From Pseudobacteriovorax sp. (GTDB taxonomy: Bacteria > Bdellovibrionota_B > Oligoflexia > Oligoflexales > Oligoflexaceae): DNA of 28,567 nucleotides. Under the pieces are notes generated by a model. That model was given only the letters and a program-made list of their open reading frames with translations. It had not been told where the DNA came from and did no database searches. The position numbers and the translations under genes are program-made. Shown here one piece after another: positions 17,601-27,140 of this stretch (position 1 is its first letter; the number at the start of each line of letters is the position of its first letter). The DNA lies in contig JBNKNM010000053.1 of the NCBI GenBank assembly GCA_050293845.1, positions 1 to 28,567 of the forward strand, written 5' to 3'.

Positions 17601-17633
17601 CCTTTAGCCTGGCTAAACCGAACCTGGATGTAG
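14631..17633 (+). CDS. ydiJ: FAD- and Fe-S-binding oxidoreductase YdiJ (D-2-hydroxyglutarate/D-lactate dehydrogenase-like)
   Basis: TDNSIYQ, ARGGGTGTNGQSL, GHVD.GCLHVRP, WGEHGKG, CNGNGAC..MCPS, CLSCKACSSSCP and CCGMAG. Confidence 0.92.
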   Translation: MIPRLEQFDALPSQVQNYFKELRSRSFKGDMEFSLSERLMMATDNSIYQLLPQGVVFPKNEQDIKTILELANTADYRNLSFTARGGGTGTNGQSLTTGVVVDLSRHMNRILEVNAAEGWVRVQPGVVLDQLNEHIRSYGLFFAPDLSPSNRATLGGMVSTDACGKGSRIYGKTSNHILELKLVLSDGSDWLSQKMDAATLKSITTGNKLIDHALRTVSSITLEKSELIEAKFPKLTRFLSGYNLGMVWDENGHFNLNYLISGAEGTLCLVSEMKLQLTPIPQSKVLIVAKYREFSDSLKAAKALLSRDPVAIETIDATILSLARQDTIWHEVSNFFSSAEDRLVKSINLIEFVGDDYQELRTKAEQLCSDLNTQLGQPGAATGFILTENENEIRALWSLRKKGVGLLGNRSGTRRPIPFVEDTVVPPEHLAEYIERFRAILDSHGLEYGMFGHVDVGCLHVRPALDMQNPEDEKLVRSITDEVKDLVLEYGGVVWGEHGKGLRSEYMPEFFGEELFEDLRTIKTAFDPHNRLNPGKICFPHGAQEGLVKLDQAPMRGQFDRQIKPELQEQFRVSLLCNGNGACFNYDVHDVMCPSYKVTRNRIHSPKGRAGLIREWVRQLSQHHETSSVKAGIGKLSSRQAQGDFSTEVLASMTGCLSCKACSSSCPIKVDIPDQKARFLEYYYSRYKRPRWDRLIAFGEHTHRRFVNMPFLFNWVLNIPGVQQLMARYLGLVDTPALSSPNYLALLRKADIPVLTSFKHLPEKLAAKSLIVLPDAITCFYEAETFVEVVKFFKNVGYEPIVAPFFINGKGLHVKGFLKEFRQVVQATEEKLEQLKRYQVPLIGVDPAITLTYREEYRRYGRSGQEWDVMLPQEWLVKNIENIAVPTNINAYLPKILYQLGHCGEKSSRPQYAREWQQVFARFQIELREEKVGCCGMAGAFGHEAQHYNQSHAIFDQSWALKMHPEHTYIATGASCRSQVKRFMGMKIAHPLAWLNRTWM

Positions 17634-17792
17634 AAATATGCGCTGCGAAAATCTTTGAGGAAGGGTAGTAACTAGGAGACAAAAAAAGCATACCCAGGTT
17701 GACTAGAATTCGTAAGTTTACGATGAGCCGCACTGTTTCAGCGACTCCGTCTGGGTATGCACTATTGGAACTATCTTGATTATGCTCAGATG

Positions 17793-18422
17793 TCAAGGGA
17801 TCAAATTTGCCTTGAGGTATCTTACCTTGGCAAATTGCCGCACCATGCTTTCTTCACATGTCAGTGATAATGCTTCATCTGGTGATAACCATCTAATATC
17901 ATTAGATTCTTCATTCCCTCTTAGAGGGATGTTGGGGTCGGCAACGATGATGTATCTCACATCGTAATGAAAGTGTAGAGGCTCTGATTTGCGGGCTGGA
18001 ATCTTGTGGATATCGATGTCAAAGGGTAAGGGAGCCAAGTCTGTCGTTATTCCTAAATCCCCTTCATAATTTAAAAAACTTAGTTGACGAAGGCCGGTCT
18101 CTTCCTCAGCCTCGCGCATGGCTGTTTCATGGGGAATAGGGTGTCCGTCAGCATGACCTCCCATCTGTAGCCACTTGTTAAGTTTAGCATGATGCATCAG
18201 TAAGAATTGGTCCATTGTGGGGTTCACTAGTAAAGCAGAACCGGTGACATGTCCCGTCGGGTGGCTTCTCGCAAAGCAGTTGGCGGAAGTATTGATAAAT
18301 GCAGTAAATTGCTTCCAGATACTAATATCGTGTCTCAACTTGCGGCCAGGGTATAATGTGGAGCTGTCCAGCCAATAGCTCTTATAGTCCTCTAGGATAT
18401 TTTTTAACAACTGACGGTTCAT
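17793..18422 (-). CDS. Nudix hydrolase
   Basis: GHVTGSA, H.KL.KWLQ.GGHADG......A.REA.EETG Nudix box, DIDIH.IP and HYDVRY. Confidence 0.92.
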   Translation of the reverse strand: MNRQLLKNILEDYKSYWLDSSTLYPGRKLRHDISIWKQFTAFINTSANCFARSHPTGHVTGSALLVNPTMDQFLLMHHAKLNKWLQMGGHADGHPIPHETAMREAEEETGLRQLSFLNYEGDLGITTDLAPLPFDIDIHKIPARKSEPLHFHYDVRYIIVADPNIPLRGNEESNDIRWLSPDEALSLTCEESMVRQFAKVRYLKANLIP

Positions 18423-18529
18423 TTTCGCGGACCCTTATGGTAATCAAAGTGCTACGATTATGGCGAGGAAATATGATATTTCAAGCCGAACTTAGGAATC
18501 AGTGATATCAATTTAAAAAAGGGGAAGGA

Positions 18530-19150
18530 ATGGGTGCTCCGTTTATGGTAGCCATTTCCGGTGGCTCTGGAAGTGGTAAGACGACTTTTGTGAATTATTT
18601 GGTCAAAAAACTCGCCCAGGATGATCCTCTGGTAATACCAATGGACCACTATTACCGTGACCTTTCCCACCTTCAACCCGAAGAAAGAGGGGCCATTAAC
18701 TTTGACCACCCCAAAGCCATTGAAAGGGAATTAGTTCATGAGCAAGTGAGTTTGCTGAGAGCTGGTGTTGCCGTAGAGAAACCCCTTTATGATTTTACAG
18801 CTCACGTTAGGAAGAAAGAAACGGAACGAGTTTCTCCTGGGAAAGTCATTATTTTAGATGGCATATTTTCTTTATGCTATTCCGAGCTTTATCGATTACT
18901 AGATCTGAAAATTTATATAAGCGTTGATTCAGATATTCGTGTGGTGCGGCGAATCAAAAGGGATATGGCCGAGAGGGGACGTACCTTTGAAAGCTGTGCT
19001 CAGCAGTATTTGGGGTCCGTTAAAGCCATGCATGAAAAATACATTGATCCGAGCAAAGAGTATGCTGATTTCATTGTCCCCTGGCATGATTATAATTTTA
19101 GAGCTGTAGACTATGTCGCAGAAATCATCCGCTGTGGTCTATCTCAGTAG
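18530..19150 (+). CDS. udk: Uridine kinase
   Basis: ISGGSGSGKTT, DHYYRD, NFDHP.A, RR..RD..ERGR and IDPSK.YAD. Confidence 0.95.
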   Translation: MGAPFMVAISGGSGSGKTTFVNYLVKKLAQDDPLVIPMDHYYRDLSHLQPEERGAINFDHPKAIERELVHEQVSLLRAGVAVEKPLYDFTAHVRKKETERVSPGKVIILDGIFSLCYSELYRLLDLKIYISVDSDIRVVRRIKRDMAERGRTFESCAQQYLGSVKAMHEKYIDPSKEYADFIVPWHDYNFRAVDYVAEIIRCGLSQ

Positions 19151-19697
19151 AGCTGTAGAGTTTAAAGTTTAGATTGAAAGTCATCAGAAGCGCAGTGGAC
19201 TTTCTTACCACCGGTACATTTATATTTACAAAATTGATACTTCAAAGGAAACTTGCCAAAAGAGAGGGTAGTGAAAAACTGAATCATTAATTTTTAAAAA
19301 GAGGAACTATTTCAGGTAATTAAGATCTGAGATGTTTGAGCTGTCCCTAGCTGTGCTGCTAACCCACTAATTTTCAGAACATTCTATCCATTAAAGCTTA
19401 TTACCCATAGAAAGATTAAGGCATTATATGGGTCATGAGCATTCTCCTCGGGTGAAACGGATTAATGGTCGAATCACACTCACAGTATTTGGGAAAGCAA
19501 ATAGGAAATCATAGTTTTTAGCAATCTATTCGATTTAGAAAGAAATAAAAATAAGCAAATAAATCAGTAATAACTGGTAGATAAAAGATAATTTTTAATG
19601 AGACAATCCACTCACCGTAGCTTTTAATAGAGAGCGGAATTCAGGTAACCCAAACTTCGGGTCCGCTACAAGCATTAGATCGATTAGAGGAGGTCAT

Positions 19698-21776
19698 ATG
19701 AGGCTAAGGCTTCACACCACATTAGCCAGTATATTGTTGGTTAGTGGCTGCGATTCAAGTCCGCCCCCGTTCACAGAGCTAACCGCTGATTATGTCGGTG
19801 AGGTTGAGGATCTCAATCCATCGGATGACTTAACTGGATATTCTACTCTTGCTTCAGCTACTTGGTCTTTCGAGGCGAGTAATATCAAAAATGCTCAAGT
19901 TGAGTTTGATTTACAATCAGACATAATTAAGCAGTTCGGTACCATGAGCTTAGCAAAAGTGAATGCCTCGGTGGAGCATGTACAGGTTACAAGGTCTCAG
20001 AATGTGGAAATCTTCAAGCAGGGGACCGAGGATCAATCCATAAGTGAATTTTTTAAGCAGAACGAAAATGACGATGCGCAAGGGCTTCTTGATATCTTGA
20101 TTGTCATCGACAATTCAGGTTCCATGACTGAAGAGCAAGAAAACTTATCCACTAAATTACTTCCCTTGCTGACTTATGTTGAGAAATCAGATTGGAAGAT
20201 AGGTGTCGTAACAACTGACCCTGTTGATGGATGTCTCCGGGATGTCATAGCCAAAGGTCAAGCAAACTCTGAATCAACTTTTGCTAATGCTATCAAAGCT
20301 GGTATTGGAGGTACAGGAATTGAAGCTGGTATCGCCCAAGCTGTCAGCGCATTGAGTCCCTCCTGTTTAGGGGGAACCTCATGGATTCGACCCAATTCAA
20401 CTTTAGCGGTACTTTTTGTAAGTGATGAGGATAACTGCTCGAATGGAACAAAATGTACAATTCCAGCCCACAACACTGCAGAATATCTTCTTGATTATTT
20501 AGCTACTATTCGTGAAGTGGGCCTAAATGCTAAAGTGTTTGGGTTAATCTGGCATGAAAGTCAGTCAAATAGTGAATGTTCCTCAGCGTTAAATCGGGGA
20601 GATACTTATTCCGACTTGATTTCTGCCACCGGTGGTAGCTGGGGTTCTATTTGTAATTCCAACTATTCTCCAACTTTGCAAGCAATGAGTTTAGATCTCA
20701 GTTTAATCTTAAAGACTCAGTTTGCTCTTAACTATGATCCTTTCCTCGATTCGGTTGAGGTCATCATTGACGGACAGAAGATAAGCTCAGGATATAGTAT
20801 TACAGGAAATGTGATAGAGTTTGATGATGCGCCTGCACCAGGATCTCAGATTTATGTGAACTATCGTTTTACAACGGCTGCTCCACAAAAGGAGTTTACT
20901 TTGACTGCAGATGCTGACCCTAATGGCATCCAAGTATATTTAGATGGTCACACGACAACATCCTTTAGCTATGATGCTAATAAAAGAAAAATTCTTTTTT
21001 CTAAAGCCCCGCAAGCCAAGGAAATTAAGGTTACCTATAAGAAAACAGCTACTCTACAAGAAAATTTTATAGTAGAAGCTGGTCTCGAAAAGGGAGACAT
21101 TATAGCGTATGCTGACGGCAAGATTGTGAGTTCAGGTGACTATACCTACGATGCTAAGTCAGGACAAATTTCATTCAAAACTCCTCCTTCCGATGGAGCT
21201 AACTTAAAATTTGACTACAAAAGAACTATAGGCCCTGAGTTGGAGTATCCCATCTTTGGTCCTGAAAGTTTAGAATCCGTAGTTGTGACAGATGGTTCAG
21301 GCAACCCAATGGAGGCAACCCTTGAGGGTAATCTCATTATCTTTCATGATGCAGAATTTGCACCTAATAGAAAGTTTATTGTTGAATATGCAAACCCTTT
21401 TAAAGAGCAATACTTGGTCGATTTAGGTTATGAAATATGGGGAGACTCTTTGTCTATAAACGGTGCCAGCACTGGTAAGTGCAACTCTGTTGAAGTTTCC
21501 GGAACCACAGTTGATATTCGATCTTGTGGCTTTGATGGTAGTGAAATTGTAACCTTAAGTTTCGATTATGTCCGCGATCATCAAACAAGCTTCGAACTAG
21601 AGGATACTGAGAATATTTCTCTTGAAAGTATCTCTGCAGATGAGTTCGCCTTTGTCGTTTACGTTAATGATGAACCAACAGATAATTATAGCATTGAGGG
21701 TTCGACAGTCCTTTTTGATGAGCTTCCCATAGGAGCGGTGATAACTGTCAAGCTATTTAGAGGGCATGACAGTTAA
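19698..21776 (+). CDS. Lipoprotein with vWA (MIDAS) domain and C-terminal beta-repeat stalk
   Basis: GGAGG RBS; lipobox LVSGC; DILIVIDNSGSM..EQ, VTTD, FVSDEDNCS and GSIC; repeated V.IDG....Y......I.F...P..G..I...Y modules. Confidence 0.85.
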   Translation: MRLRLHTTLASILLVSGCDSSPPPFTELTADYVGEVEDLNPSDDLTGYSTLASATWSFEASNIKNAQVEFDLQSDIIKQFGTMSLAKVNASVEHVQVTRSQNVEIFKQGTEDQSISEFFKQNENDDAQGLLDILIVIDNSGSMTEEQENLSTKLLPLLTYVEKSDWKIGVVTTDPVDGCLRDVIAKGQANSESTFANAIKAGIGGTGIEAGIAQAVSALSPSCLGGTSWIRPNSTLAVLFVSDEDNCSNGTKCTIPAHNTAEYLLDYLATIREVGLNAKVFGLIWHESQSNSECSSALNRGDTYSDLISATGGSWGSICNSNYSPTLQAMSLDLSLILKTQFALNYDPFLDSVEVIIDGQKISSGYSITGNVIEFDDAPAPGSQIYVNYRFTTAAPQKEFTLTADADPNGIQVYLDGHTTTSFSYDANKRKILFSKAPQAKEIKVTYKKTATLQENFIVEAGLEKGDIIAYADGKIVSSGDYTYDAKSGQISFKTPPSDGANLKFDYKRTIGPELEYPIFGPESLESVVVTDGSGNPMEATLEGNLIIFHDAEFAPNRKFIVEYANPFKEQYLVDLGYEIWGDSLSINGASTGKCNSVEVSGTTVDIRSCGFDGSEIVTLSFDYVRDHQTSFELEDTENISLESISADEFAFVVYVNDEPTDNYSIEGSTVLFDELPIGAVITVKLFRGHDS

Positions 21777-21798
21777 TCATACTATGTGTGGGTTGCAC

Positions 21799-21831
21799 GG
21801 GGTGGGCTCAGATGAACCCACCCCCTTTTTT
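21799..21831 (+). terminator. Rho-independent terminator
   Basis: GGGGTGGGCTCA / TGAACCCACCCC stem followed by a T tract. Confidence 0.85.
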
Positions 21832-21945
21832 ATTTCTGATTTTAAATTTCAAAAACAGAGTATTTTTCCTTCTTTATGTGAGTGACAATAATACACCCAT
21901 CTGTTAGTTTGTCCCCCCTGGCAAGACTTATCTAAAGGGATTCCC

Positions 21946-22497
21946 ATGATACTTAGTGATTCTAAGATTTTAGAACATATTAAAAAGGGCTCCATCGTCA
22001 TTGAGCCATTCCGCCATGAGAGCTTGGGCTCAAATTCATATGACGTGCACTTAGGGAGCAAGATTGCCATCTACAAAGATCGCATTCTTGACTCACGTAA
22101 GCATAATAAGACTACACTAATCACTTTGCCTGAAGATGGTTTTGTCCTCGAACCAGATAAATTTTATCTTGGCGTTACCGAGGAATATACGGAAACTCAC
22201 CTTCATGTCCCCTTCCTAGAAGGTAAGTCAAGTGTTGGGCGGTTGGGAATCGATATTCATGCTACGGCTGGTAAAGGTGATGTAGGATTCTGCAATCATT
22301 GGACCTTAGAAATATCTGTTAAACAACCAGTACGCGTCTATTCTGGTATGCCTATTGGACAACTCATCTATTTTAAAGTCCAAGGCGAAGTGGATACACT
22401 CTATTCTAAGAAGTTCAATGCTAAGTACAATACCCGCTGTGATTTGCCTGTTGAGTCACAAATGTTTCGCAATTTTCCCGATCTGCAGAATCCTTAG
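21946..22497 (+). CDS. dcd: dCTP deaminase
   Basis: MILSD..I, NSYDVHL, T.E, EGKSS.GRLG, GDVGF...WTLE, GMPIGQL and KY. Confidence 0.95.
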   Translation: MILSDSKILEHIKKGSIVIEPFRHESLGSNSYDVHLGSKIAIYKDRILDSRKHNKTTLITLPEDGFVLEPDKFYLGVTEEYTETHLHVPFLEGKSSVGRLGIDIHATAGKGDVGFCNHWTLEISVKQPVRVYSGMPIGQLIYFKVQGEVDTLYSKKFNAKYNTRCDLPVESQMFRNFPDLQNP

Positions 22498-22827
22498 GAT
22501 TACAGCAATGGGGAAGAAGGGGCAGATAGCAAAATGCTCTTTATATGAGAATTAGCGTTTTCAACGGATTGCTAACCATAGCCTAGTAAATACATTATTG
22601 CAGCAAGATACGCGATATTCCAGAGCTTGATATAATAGCCTAGGACGTTTTTAAAAGGCTGATCCTATGGGCTCATGATTTCCTCTTTATGGAAAACACG
22701 GAAAACTAACTTGGCTTTTAACTAGTGAACAAAATTTTCTTTTTTCTTCACATCAAACAACTGCTCTATTTGATCGTAGGAAGAATCTAGATTTAAGAGT
22801 CATCCACTTTGGCTCTATGTCTTTATA

Positions 22828-23780
22828 GAATCTGTCAAAACTCATTAGTTGAAAGATGTCTTCCGATACTGAAACGCGGAGGTATATAATGGACACTTGG
22901 CATAAGGAGATAACTCATTGCATTCACTGTGAATCAGAGGAATTCAATGCGATAGGCAATACTAGTTTTGGCTATCAGCGCTATGAGTGTGGTGATTGTC
23001 ATCGAACTTCCAGTGAAAGATCAAATACCCCGTTCAATCGCCTGAAAATACAGACTGACACTGCTCTACAAGTCGTCAGATGGTATCTCCAATATAAGCT
23101 CAGTCTTCGAGATTTAACCGAGATATTCTTTGAGCGTGGAATCATCTTTAGCCATGAGACCGCAAGAAATTGGATAAGTAAATTTACGCCGTTAATAGCA
23201 AAAGAATTGCGACGACGAAGGTTTGGAAAGGCTGAAGAAAGCTGGTACATTGATGAAACTATTGTCCGTGTCAAAGGTATGGAATGCTATCTCTATAGGG
23301 CAATAGATCGGCAAAGGAATTTGATTGATAGCATGCTTAACGAAAAGCGAGACATGAAGTCTGCGAAATAGTTTTTGAAAGGCACGAAGAAAGTGACAGG
23401 GAGAAGTCCCAAAAGAGCCACAACTGATGGTTTGGCTTCATATCCCAGGGCGATTAGGGAAAACCTTGGAAAGCGAGTTTTGCATCGAGTAAATTCCTAT
23501 CTAATCAATTACACTGAGCAAAGTCATAGACCGATAAAGCAAAGGTATTACCCTATGCGAGGATTTGGAGAATTTCATTCTGCAGCGATGATCTGCAGAG
23601 GCTTCGAAGAAATTAGGAATTTCTTCTTACCGAAGTATAAAAACTCTTTTTCACTTAAAGAAAAACGTAGGATACTTGTGTCTAAATTGTTCAGTTTCAA
23701 AAAAATGACCGCTGTTTTTTAGGAGCTAAGAAGTAGCGCTTCTTTTTGTCTTTAATTCAAGAACGAAAATTGACAGAACC
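22828..23780 (+). mobile_element. IS6-family insertion sequence (inactivated)
   Basis: Left GAATCTGTCAAAACT 22828-22842; the right end reads GGTTCTGTCAATTTT on the minus strand (23780-23766). Flanks TCTTTATA 22820-22827 and TCTTTATC 23781-23788 form a 7/8 target duplication. Confidence 0.9.
22889..23722 (+). pseudogene. IS6 DDE transposase with N-terminal zinc ribbon, in-frame TAG at 23369-23371
   Basis: CIHC...CGDC, VRWYL.YKLSLRDL, WYIDET...YLYRAID, TTDG..SYP and EQSHR.IK. The two track ORFs are in one frame. Confidence 0.92.
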
Positions 23781-23843
23781 TCTTTATCAAAAATGGCTGA
23801 TCTAACCCATTCAAGATCTTCCCACAGGAAGACTGCCAAAGAA

Positions 23844-23891
23844 ACACCATATATAGCGTTTGACAAACTTTTGTGACACTATAAACTAGGT
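23844..23891 (+). promoter_or_regulatory. NrdR box(es) around the nrdG promoter
   Basis: ACACCATATATAGCGT 23844-23859 fits acaCwAtATaTwGtgt; a degenerate second box starts 32 bp later (23876); TTGACA 23860-23865, N16, TAAACT. Confidence 0.8.
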
Positions 23892-23921
23892 TCATGGCCT
23901 CTTTTTCTAAAAGGAGTCGCA

Positions 23922-24371
23922 ATGCGCTATTATCATGTAGACGTAGTATTTCAAGAAGTGCCCGATGAAATTAGCCTTTTGTTTGCTATTGCAGGGTGTT
24001 CGATTGCCTGCCAAGGTTGTCATTCTTTCGAATACTGGAATGACAAAAATTATCCTCTCTTAGATGACGCTACATACGAGCAATATCTAGAAAAGTATAA
24101 AAATCAGATAACTTGTGTATGTTTTTTTGGTGGCGAGTGGGAACCTAAGCGCCTTGTTGAACTACTAAAAATCGCTCGTAAAACACAGCTAAAAACATGT
24201 TTATATACAGGGTTATATCATGTGAACCCTAGGATTCTGAGTCAACTTGATTTCATCAAAACTGGCCCATGGCAAATGCGCAAAGGTGGGTTGGACCAAC
24301 CCAGTACAAATCAGAAATTTATGCGAGTACTTGATAGAAAAGTTCTTAATGACAAGTTCCAGTCACCATAA
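23922..24371 (+). CDS. nrdG: Anaerobic ribonucleotide reductase activating protein (radical SAM)
   Basis: VFQEVPDEISL, CSIACQGCHS (CxxxCxxC), F.GGEW, CLYTG and GGLD...TNQ. Confidence 0.95.
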   Translation: MRYYHVDVVFQEVPDEISLLFAIAGCSIACQGCHSFEYWNDKNYPLLDDATYEQYLEKYKNQITCVCFFGGEWEPKRLVELLKIARKTQLKTCLYTGLYHVNPRILSQLDFIKTGPWQMRKGGLDQPSTNQKFMRVLDRKVLNDKFQSP

Positions 24372-24381
24372 GGAATTGAAG

Positions 24382-26193
24382 ATGATTGAAGTCACAGAAG
24401 AGTTTTTGGCTAAGAAGATTTTGTTTGTAAAAGACTATATGCAAAGTAAGAATGCGGCATCAGCTTCACAATATGATGCGAATGCAAATGTTTCTTCCAA
24501 AAATATTGCCACATTAGAGTCCGAAATCAATAAAGATATCAATATTCAGATTAACAGATCATTGGTTTGTGCTAGGATCGAATCTATATTTGGGAAGAAT
24601 TTAGCCGATGAATATTTAAGGCAAATTCGATGCCATGAAATCTATGTTCATGATGAGACCTCACTAAAACCCTACTGTACGTCTATTAGCTTGTATCCCT
24701 TTTTGCTAAATGGACTCAGACCTCTTGGCGGAGAATCGGGGCCGCCAACAAATATTCACAGTTTTACTGGTTCATTTACCAATCTAGTATTTGCCATTAG
24801 TTCGCAATTTGCAGGCGCAATCGCCACAGTTGAATTCCTCATGTATTTTGATTACTTTGCCCAAAAAACTTTAGGGCAAGAATACCTGGAAAAAGAACAA
24901 AAAATGGTCAACGCACTGCTGCAAGCTGTGGTTTACTCTATTAACCAACCTGCAGCCGCAAGAGGATATCAAGCTGTGTTTTGGAATATAACAGTCTTTG
25001 ATAAATCCTATTTTCAATCGATGTTTGAGAATTTTCGCTTCCCAGATGGAGCAACACCGAACTGGAGATCGGTGGATAAACTACAGCGCTATTTTTTGAG
25101 CTGGTTTAATAATGAAAGGCAACGGGCAGTACTGACCTTTCCTGTGATCACTGCTGCTATGCTAGTTGATGACCAAGGTCCTCTAGACCATGATTTTGCG
25201 GATATGGTTGCCCAAGAGCTGAGTGAAGGAAATTCGTTTTTTGTTTATCAGTCGAAACATGCTGATAGCCTTTCGAGCTGTTGCCGGCTTCGTAATGAGT
25301 TAAATGATCGTACTTTCAGCTACTCCTTAGGAGCTGGTGGGGTTGCAACGGGCTCAATTAATGTGATTACACTCAATTTGAATCGTTTGGTACAAGATGG
25401 ACGCGATTTGAAACAGGAGCTTCAAAAAATTCATAAATATCAAGTGGCCTATAGATCCATCATTGAAGAATTTAAGAATGCCAATCTCCTACCGGTTTAT
25501 TCAGCAAACTATATTTCCATTGACAAGCAATTTTTAACCGTTGGAATTAATGGTTTAGTTGAAGCAGCTGAGTTCAAAGGAATCAAACCGGGAAACAATG
25601 CAAAGTACTATAATTTTGTTCGGGAATTATTGGGAGTTATTTATAGCGAGAACCAAAAGGCACAAAAGAGCTATCACTGTCGATTCAATACGGAAATGGT
25701 GCCCGCTGAGAATCTCGGAGTCAAAAATGCTAAATGGGATAAGCTAGATGGATACTTTGTTCCCAGGGAGTGCTATAATTCGTACTTTTATCCTGTTGAG
25801 GATCATAGCCTTAACGCAATTGATAAATTTGCCATGCATGGACGGAAAACTACTGAATTTTTAGATGGTGGTGCGGCTTTACATCTGAATTTAGACGAAC
25901 ATCTCAGTAAGCGGCAGTACCGTAAGCTTCTTGATATTGCTGCTACTAATGTATGCAACTATTTTTGCATCAATGTAAAGATAACAATATGTAATCAGTG
26001 TTTTTATATTGCGAAGGAGACGCGACAGTATTGCCACAAATGTGGCAGTCGCGATGTTGATTATGGAACCCGTATTATTGGCTATTTAAAAAGGGTAAGC
26101 TCATTTTCAGAGGCAAGGCAAAAAGAACATGAGTTGCGCTATTATCACAAAGAAAAGAGTTGTGTAAAACAGCAGATCGTGAACAATTCATAA
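24382..26193 (+). CDS. nrdD: Class III anaerobic ribonucleoside-triphosphate reductase, no ATP cone
   Basis: IYVHDE...KPYC, LTFPV, LSSCCRL, PAENL, CNQC/CHKC and TRIIGYL glycyl-radical motif. AAGGA RBS before ATG 24382. Confidence 0.95.
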   Translation: MIEVTEEFLAKKILFVKDYMQSKNAASASQYDANANVSSKNIATLESEINKDINIQINRSLVCARIESIFGKNLADEYLRQIRCHEIYVHDETSLKPYCTSISLYPFLLNGLRPLGGESGPPTNIHSFTGSFTNLVFAISSQFAGAIATVEFLMYFDYFAQKTLGQEYLEKEQKMVNALLQAVVYSINQPAAARGYQAVFWNITVFDKSYFQSMFENFRFPDGATPNWRSVDKLQRYFLSWFNNERQRAVLTFPVITAAMLVDDQGPLDHDFADMVAQELSEGNSFFVYQSKHADSLSSCCRLRNELNDRTFSYSLGAGGVATGSINVITLNLNRLVQDGRDLKQELQKIHKYQVAYRSIIEEFKNANLLPVYSANYISIDKQFLTVGINGLVEAAEFKGIKPGNNAKYYNFVRELLGVIYSENQKAQKSYHCRFNTEMVPAENLGVKNAKWDKLDGYFVPRECYNSYFYPVEDHSLNAIDKFAMHGRKTTEFLDGGAALHLNLDEHLSKRQYRKLLDIAATNVCNYFCINVKITICNQCFYIAKETRQYCHKCGSRDVDYGTRIIGYLKRVSSFSEARQKEHELRYYHKEKSCVKQQIVNNS

Positions 26194-26276
26194 GGATATT
26201 AAACTAGGCCTTGTAGGGGCTTAAAATGTAAATAAAAGTTGACAATGCCTAGCTGAAGGCACATTAATGACGAATC

Positions 26277-26355
26277 AACACCGGGGGCCTTTGGGCTGAG
26301 AAAGCTTTGCTTGACCCTTAGACCTGAACTGGATCATGCCAGAGTAGGGAGTGTG
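26277..26355 (+). promoter_or_regulatory. TPP riboswitch
   Basis: GGGG..GCTGAGA..ACCC..ACCTGA.CTGGAT.ATGCCAG.GTAGGGA directly upstream of thiM; TTGACA at 26239-26244. Confidence 0.9.
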
Positions 26356-26360
26356 TAATC

Positions 26361-27140
26361 ATGGATTCTCATAAGCAGATATTTGACCCTGATTTTATGG
26401 AAAACATCAAGTTTATTCGTGAGAAAAATCCACTCATTCATCAGATTACGAACTATGTTGCCATGGACTTCACCGCTAATGCCACTCTAGCTATTGGTGC
26501 CTCACCACTCATGGCCCATGAACCGAAAGAATTAGATGATATTATTACCATTGCTGATGCCCTAGTCCTGAATGGTGGAACTCTTACAGAGAACTGGAAG
26601 GTATCCATGTTCCAAGCGGCGCAACAAGCCAAGCTAAAGGGTATTCCCATTGTCTTAGACCCTGTGGGATGTGGCGCTAGCCGCTACCGAACAGACTTTT
26701 TCCAGAGTCTATTGCCCAATGTTGCTATCGTTCGGGGGAATGCTAGTGAAATCCAAGCTCTAGCGGGAGTAGAGGATGGTATTACTAAGGGGGTTGATAC
26801 TACGCTTGCCGTGACAAAGGTAGAAAAAATTGCAGATGAGCTAGCTAGGAAATGGGAGCTTGTCGTAGTGGTGAGTGGCTTAGAAGATTATGTAACCAAT
26901 GGTAGCCATAGCAGTTTTATTAGTGGTGGTCACCCATTAATGACAAAAGTGACTGCTATGGGATGTACCGCAAGTGCACTCGTGGCCTGTTTTTGTGCTG
27001 TTAATGAGAATTGGTTTAGCGCCAGTCGCCATGCAATGACGGCTTTAGCACTTTGTGGTCATGCTGCAGCCGCAGAGTCTAATGGCCCGGGGAGTCTGCG
27101 CACCAAGCTGTTGGATCAACTCTTTCTGTTAGGAGACTAA
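26361..27140 (+). CDS. thiM: Hydroxyethylthiazole kinase
   Basis: PLIHQITNYV..DFTANA.LAIGASP.MA, N.GTL, LDPVG.GAS..R, RGNASEI, VTAMGC and GPGS. Confidence 0.95.
   Translation: MDSHKQIFDPDFMENIKFIREKNPLIHQITNYVAMDFTANATLAIGASPLMAHEPKELDDIITIADALVLNGGTLTENWKVSMFQAAQQAKLKGIPIVLDPVGCGASRYRTDFFQSLLPNVAIVRGNASEIQALAGVEDGITKGVDTTLAVTKVEKIADELARKWELVVVVSGLEDYVTNGSHSSFISGGHPLMTKVTAMGCTASALVACFCAVNENWFSASRHAMTALALCGHAAAAESNGPGSLRTKLLDQLFLLGD

Noticed and set aside
19617..19669. Riboswitch in the vWA gene leader (AGCGG/CCGCT stem, alternative GTAGC/GCTAC pairing)
   Set aside because: Stems are short, and no known aptamer motif such as c-di-GMP GEMM was recognised.
23369..23371. TAG readthrough or alternative genetic code in the IS6 transposase
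   Set aside because: TAG terminates intact genes here (ydiJ, udk, dcd, parA), and the element shows other decay.
24247..24381. Track start of nrdD at 24247
   Set aside because: It overlaps nrdG by 125 bp and is not ATP-cone-like. ATG 24382 has an RBS.
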